Below are positions 60,952 through 64,000 of a stretch of 64,000 bases of DNA, piece by piece. The stretch is taken from the NCBI GenBank assembly GCA_043228905.1, contig JBHGNT010000001.1:23870001-23934000 (forward strand). Direction: 5' to 3'. This stretch comes from Azolla caroliniana (taxonomy: Eukaryota > Plantae > Polypodiophyta). Made by a program: the position numbers and the translations under genes. Under the pieces are notes generated by a model. The model did not search any database. It had not been told where the DNA came from and worked only from the letters and a program-made list of their open reading frames with translations. The first letter of the stretch is position 1. The number at the start of each line of letters is the position of its first letter.

Positions 60952-63900
60952 ATTTCATCAAATCAAGTTAGTAGAGTTTTTTCTGCACAAGTCGAGCTTA
61001 GCACATCTACAGGTCATCGCGCTCTAGCCTCTGCCCTCCTAGATTCCGGAGCCAATTCTTGTTTCATGGATCGCGAGTTTGCATTGACTCAAAACATCAT
61101 CTTGAAAAAACTCCCAAACCCAGTAGCTGTAGGAGTCATCGATGGTCGCCCTATAGCATCAGGAGATATAGTCGAAGAGTCTGAACCAATTCGTGTAGTC
61201 CTAGGTAATTTGGCTAGTGTCATCTCATTTAACATCATTAGTAGTCCGGAGCACTCTCTAGTTCTTGGTCTTCCTTGGTTTGAGTTACATAACCCAACCA
61301 TTGATTGGAGAAAAAGAACTATTGAAGAGGTCACCGTACAATCCAAGTCTCTTGAAGCTCCAACTAAGGATCTAGGATCCCCCACAATTTCAACAATCTC
61401 TATACATCAATTACGAGAGGATGGAAGAAAGGAAGACATGATGGTATTTGCGGTTTTAGCAACTCCCTCATCTAGCTCACAAGAATTGGGGGTCCAACTA
61501 CCAAAGAAGTACATAGAATTCTCCGATGTGTTCGATAAGGTGAAGGCTAATAGACTACCAGAGCATCGACCATATGATTGCCCAATTGATTTGCAGCCAG
61601 GAAAAGAGCCTCCATGGGGACCAATTTATAATCTTTCGCCCACGGAGTTAGAGGTTCTTCGAGAATATATCAATGAGAACTTGGCAAATGGTTTTATCCA
61701 ACATTCAAAATCTCCTGCTGGTGCACCCATCTTTTTCGTTAAGAAGAAAGATGGTACGCTTCGTATGGTCGTGGATTATCGAGGCTTGAATAAAGTGACC
61801 GTTAGAAACCGATATGCTCTCCCATTGATCTCAAGCCTTCTAGAACGCCTCAGTGAAGCAAAGTATTTCACGAAGTTAGATCTTCGAGGTGCCTACAACC
61901 TTGTTCGAATTCGTCCTGGGGATGAATGGAAGACGGCGTTCCGCACTCGCTATGGTCATTTTGAGTACACAGTGATGCCTTTTGGCCTCACGAATGCACC
62001 AGCAGTCTTCCAACATATGGCGAATGATATTTTTCGAGACTTCCTCGATATCTTCATCATTGTTTACCTGGATGATATCTTGATCTACTCAAAAACTCAA
62101 GAAGAACATGATATACATGTTCGCCAAGTTTTGCAACGGCTACGAGAGTATGGTCTCTATGCAAAATTGGAGAAGTGTAGTTTCGACCAACGTCAAGTGG
62201 AGTTTTTGGGGTACATAGTCTCTTCAAATGGCATCTCTATGGATCCATCAAAGGTTCAAACAATTTTGGATTGGCAAACACCACAGTCCGTGCGAGATGT
62301 GCAATGTTTTTTGGGGTTCGCAAACTTTTATCGCAAGTTCATCAAAGACTATTCAAAAATTGTGTTGCCCATCACTCAACTGACGCACAAGAATCGATCA
62401 TTTGTATGGAGTATAGATGCGAACTCTGCATTTGAGGGTTTAAAGCAAGCATTTACATCCGCACCAATCTTAATCCATGTCGATCCAATGAGGCGCTTTA
62501 TACTTGAAGCTGATGCATCGGATTTCGCACTCGGAAGTGTACTATCCCAAATTGGTGATGATGGTGAACTGCACCCAGTGGCTTTTCACTCACGAAAATT
62601 TGAAGCCGCAGAAATCAACTATGAGATTCACGACAAAGAGCTTCTTGCCATTGTGGATTCTTTTCAACAATGGCGTCATTTTCTGGAGGGTTCTTCTCAG
62701 CAGATTATTGTCTACAATGATCATAAAAATCTAACATACTTTCAAAGTGCTCGAGTCTTGAATCGACGACAAGCTCGTTGGGCGCAGTTCTTAACTCGTT
62801 TCGATTTTGTAATTCTATATCGCCCTGGGATGCAACAAGGAAAAGCAGATGCTTTATCTAGACGTTCGTATATGGAACTTCAACCTGGAGAGGCCGCATT
62901 TGAAAGCCAAAAGCAAATCCTCTTAGGTCCTGATCGTCTACGAATAATGGCAATGCATACCATCAACACACCGGGAGATTCAAGGCTTCTTGATTCCATT
63001 CGTGAGCAGATTGCGACTGATGCGTTCGCCCAAGAGGTTTTGAGCCATATTATCCCAAATCGTGCATCTAGCTCCCAAACTCAAAATCCTCGTCTAGACT
63101 ACACCCAGTTTAGTTGGCATGATGGGTTACTTTTTCGACAAACTCTCTTGTATGTGCCTGACGGTCCTTCTCGACTCAAAGTCATGCAACAATGTCATGA
63201 CACACCAATGGCGGGACACTTCGGCATCCACAAGACTTTTGAGTTGATTTCTCGCCGATATTGGTGGCCACGGCTTCGCCATTTTGTTACGGATTATGTT
63301 CGTAGCTGTGATACATGTTGCCGATCAAAAAAGCCTCGACATCATCCATATGGCTTATTACAGCCAATGCCTATTCCGGAGAGCCCATGGAAATCTATTT
63401 CCTTGGACTTTATTACGGATCTTCCACCTTCCAAGGGATTTGATTCGATTCTCACTGTTGTCGATCGTTTTACGAAGATGGCACATTTCCTTCCATGCAC
63501 AAAGACCATTACTAGTCAAGAGACAGCTGATTTACTCATGCGGGAGGTGTTTCGCCATCATGGTCTTCCGGATGATATTATCAGTGATCGGGGTCCCCAA
63601 TTCATCTCGAAATTTTGGCGGCACATGTTCAGACTCTTACATACTTCTTGTAAACTCTCTTCCGGCTACCATCCAGAGACTAATGGGCAGAGTGAGCGCA
63701 CCAACCAAACAGTCGAGCAATATCTACGTTGTTTTGTCAACTATCAACAAGATGATTGGGTGGATTTACTACCTTTGGCAGAATTTGCTTATAACAACTC
63801 CGAGCATTCTTCTACTGGATATTCCCCATTTTTTGCAAACATTGGGTACCATCCTCGTTGGACGATGCTTGAACATCCCGAACTCCCAAAAAACCCAGCT

Positions 63901-64000
63901 GCTGAAGATCGGCTCACTCGACTCCAAGAAGTTCAGGATATGCTTTTGCATCATTTATGTGAAGCCCAAAACACTCAAAAGAAGATTGCTGACCGTCATC
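60868..64000 (+). CDS. pol: Pol of element H (PR-RT-RH-IN), in the -1 frame relative to gag; 3' incomplete
   Basis: Manual translation shows no stop from 60868 to 64000: LLDSGAN, KLDLRGAY, YLDD, EADASDFA, H..H..C..C, SLDF, SDRG, SERTN. Absent from the ORF track because it runs off the window. Confidence 0.92.

Larger units (their letters stand above)
59119..64000 (+). mobile_element. Ty3/Gypsy chromovirus-type element H (Tcn1/Tf1-sushi-like, related to E); 5' LTR 59119-59667; continues beyond the window
   Basis: LTR TGTCATGA...CACGACA, TATA at 59396, PBS-position 11-mer at 59670-59680, intact gag and open pol closely similar to E. Confidence 0.93.

Overview
Eukaryotic nuclear DNA from a land plant, probably a non-seed plant such as a fern, lycophyte or bryophyte (inferred from Tcn1-type chromoviruses and a fungal-like tRNA-Trp-primed Gypsy). 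Bases 1-31075 are a nest of LTR retrotransposons that can be ordered by target-site duplications (TSDs): Copia C contains non-autonomous N1, which contains Copia B, which contains Tnt1-like Copia D, chromovirus E (with a solo LTR) and Copia F (with a solo LTR). Bases 31460-42356 are a gene island: tRNA-Thr(TGT), a 97-aa SVIP-like myristoylation candidate, a GRAM-less tail-anchored VASt-like protein and a two-RRM hnRNP-like gene. Bases 44709-64000 hold Gypsy G (tRNA-Trp PBS, 4-bp TSD), non-autonomous N2, a hAT MITE in a Copia relic, a LINE relic and chromovirus H, whose stop-free pol frame runs off the window and is missing from the ORF track. The most notable result is that three diverged families (E, H and non-coding N) share one modular LTR: an antisense tRNA-like A/B-box cassette, heat-shock-element arrays, a TATA box, and an 11-nt predicted transcript 5' end that covaries with the PBS (Tf1-type self-priming). 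E and H also share a G_TTA_AAC -1 frameshift site with an IBV-like pseudoknot, and N carries a phased array of bulged stem-loops. All calls were read by eye; no searches or folding programs were run.
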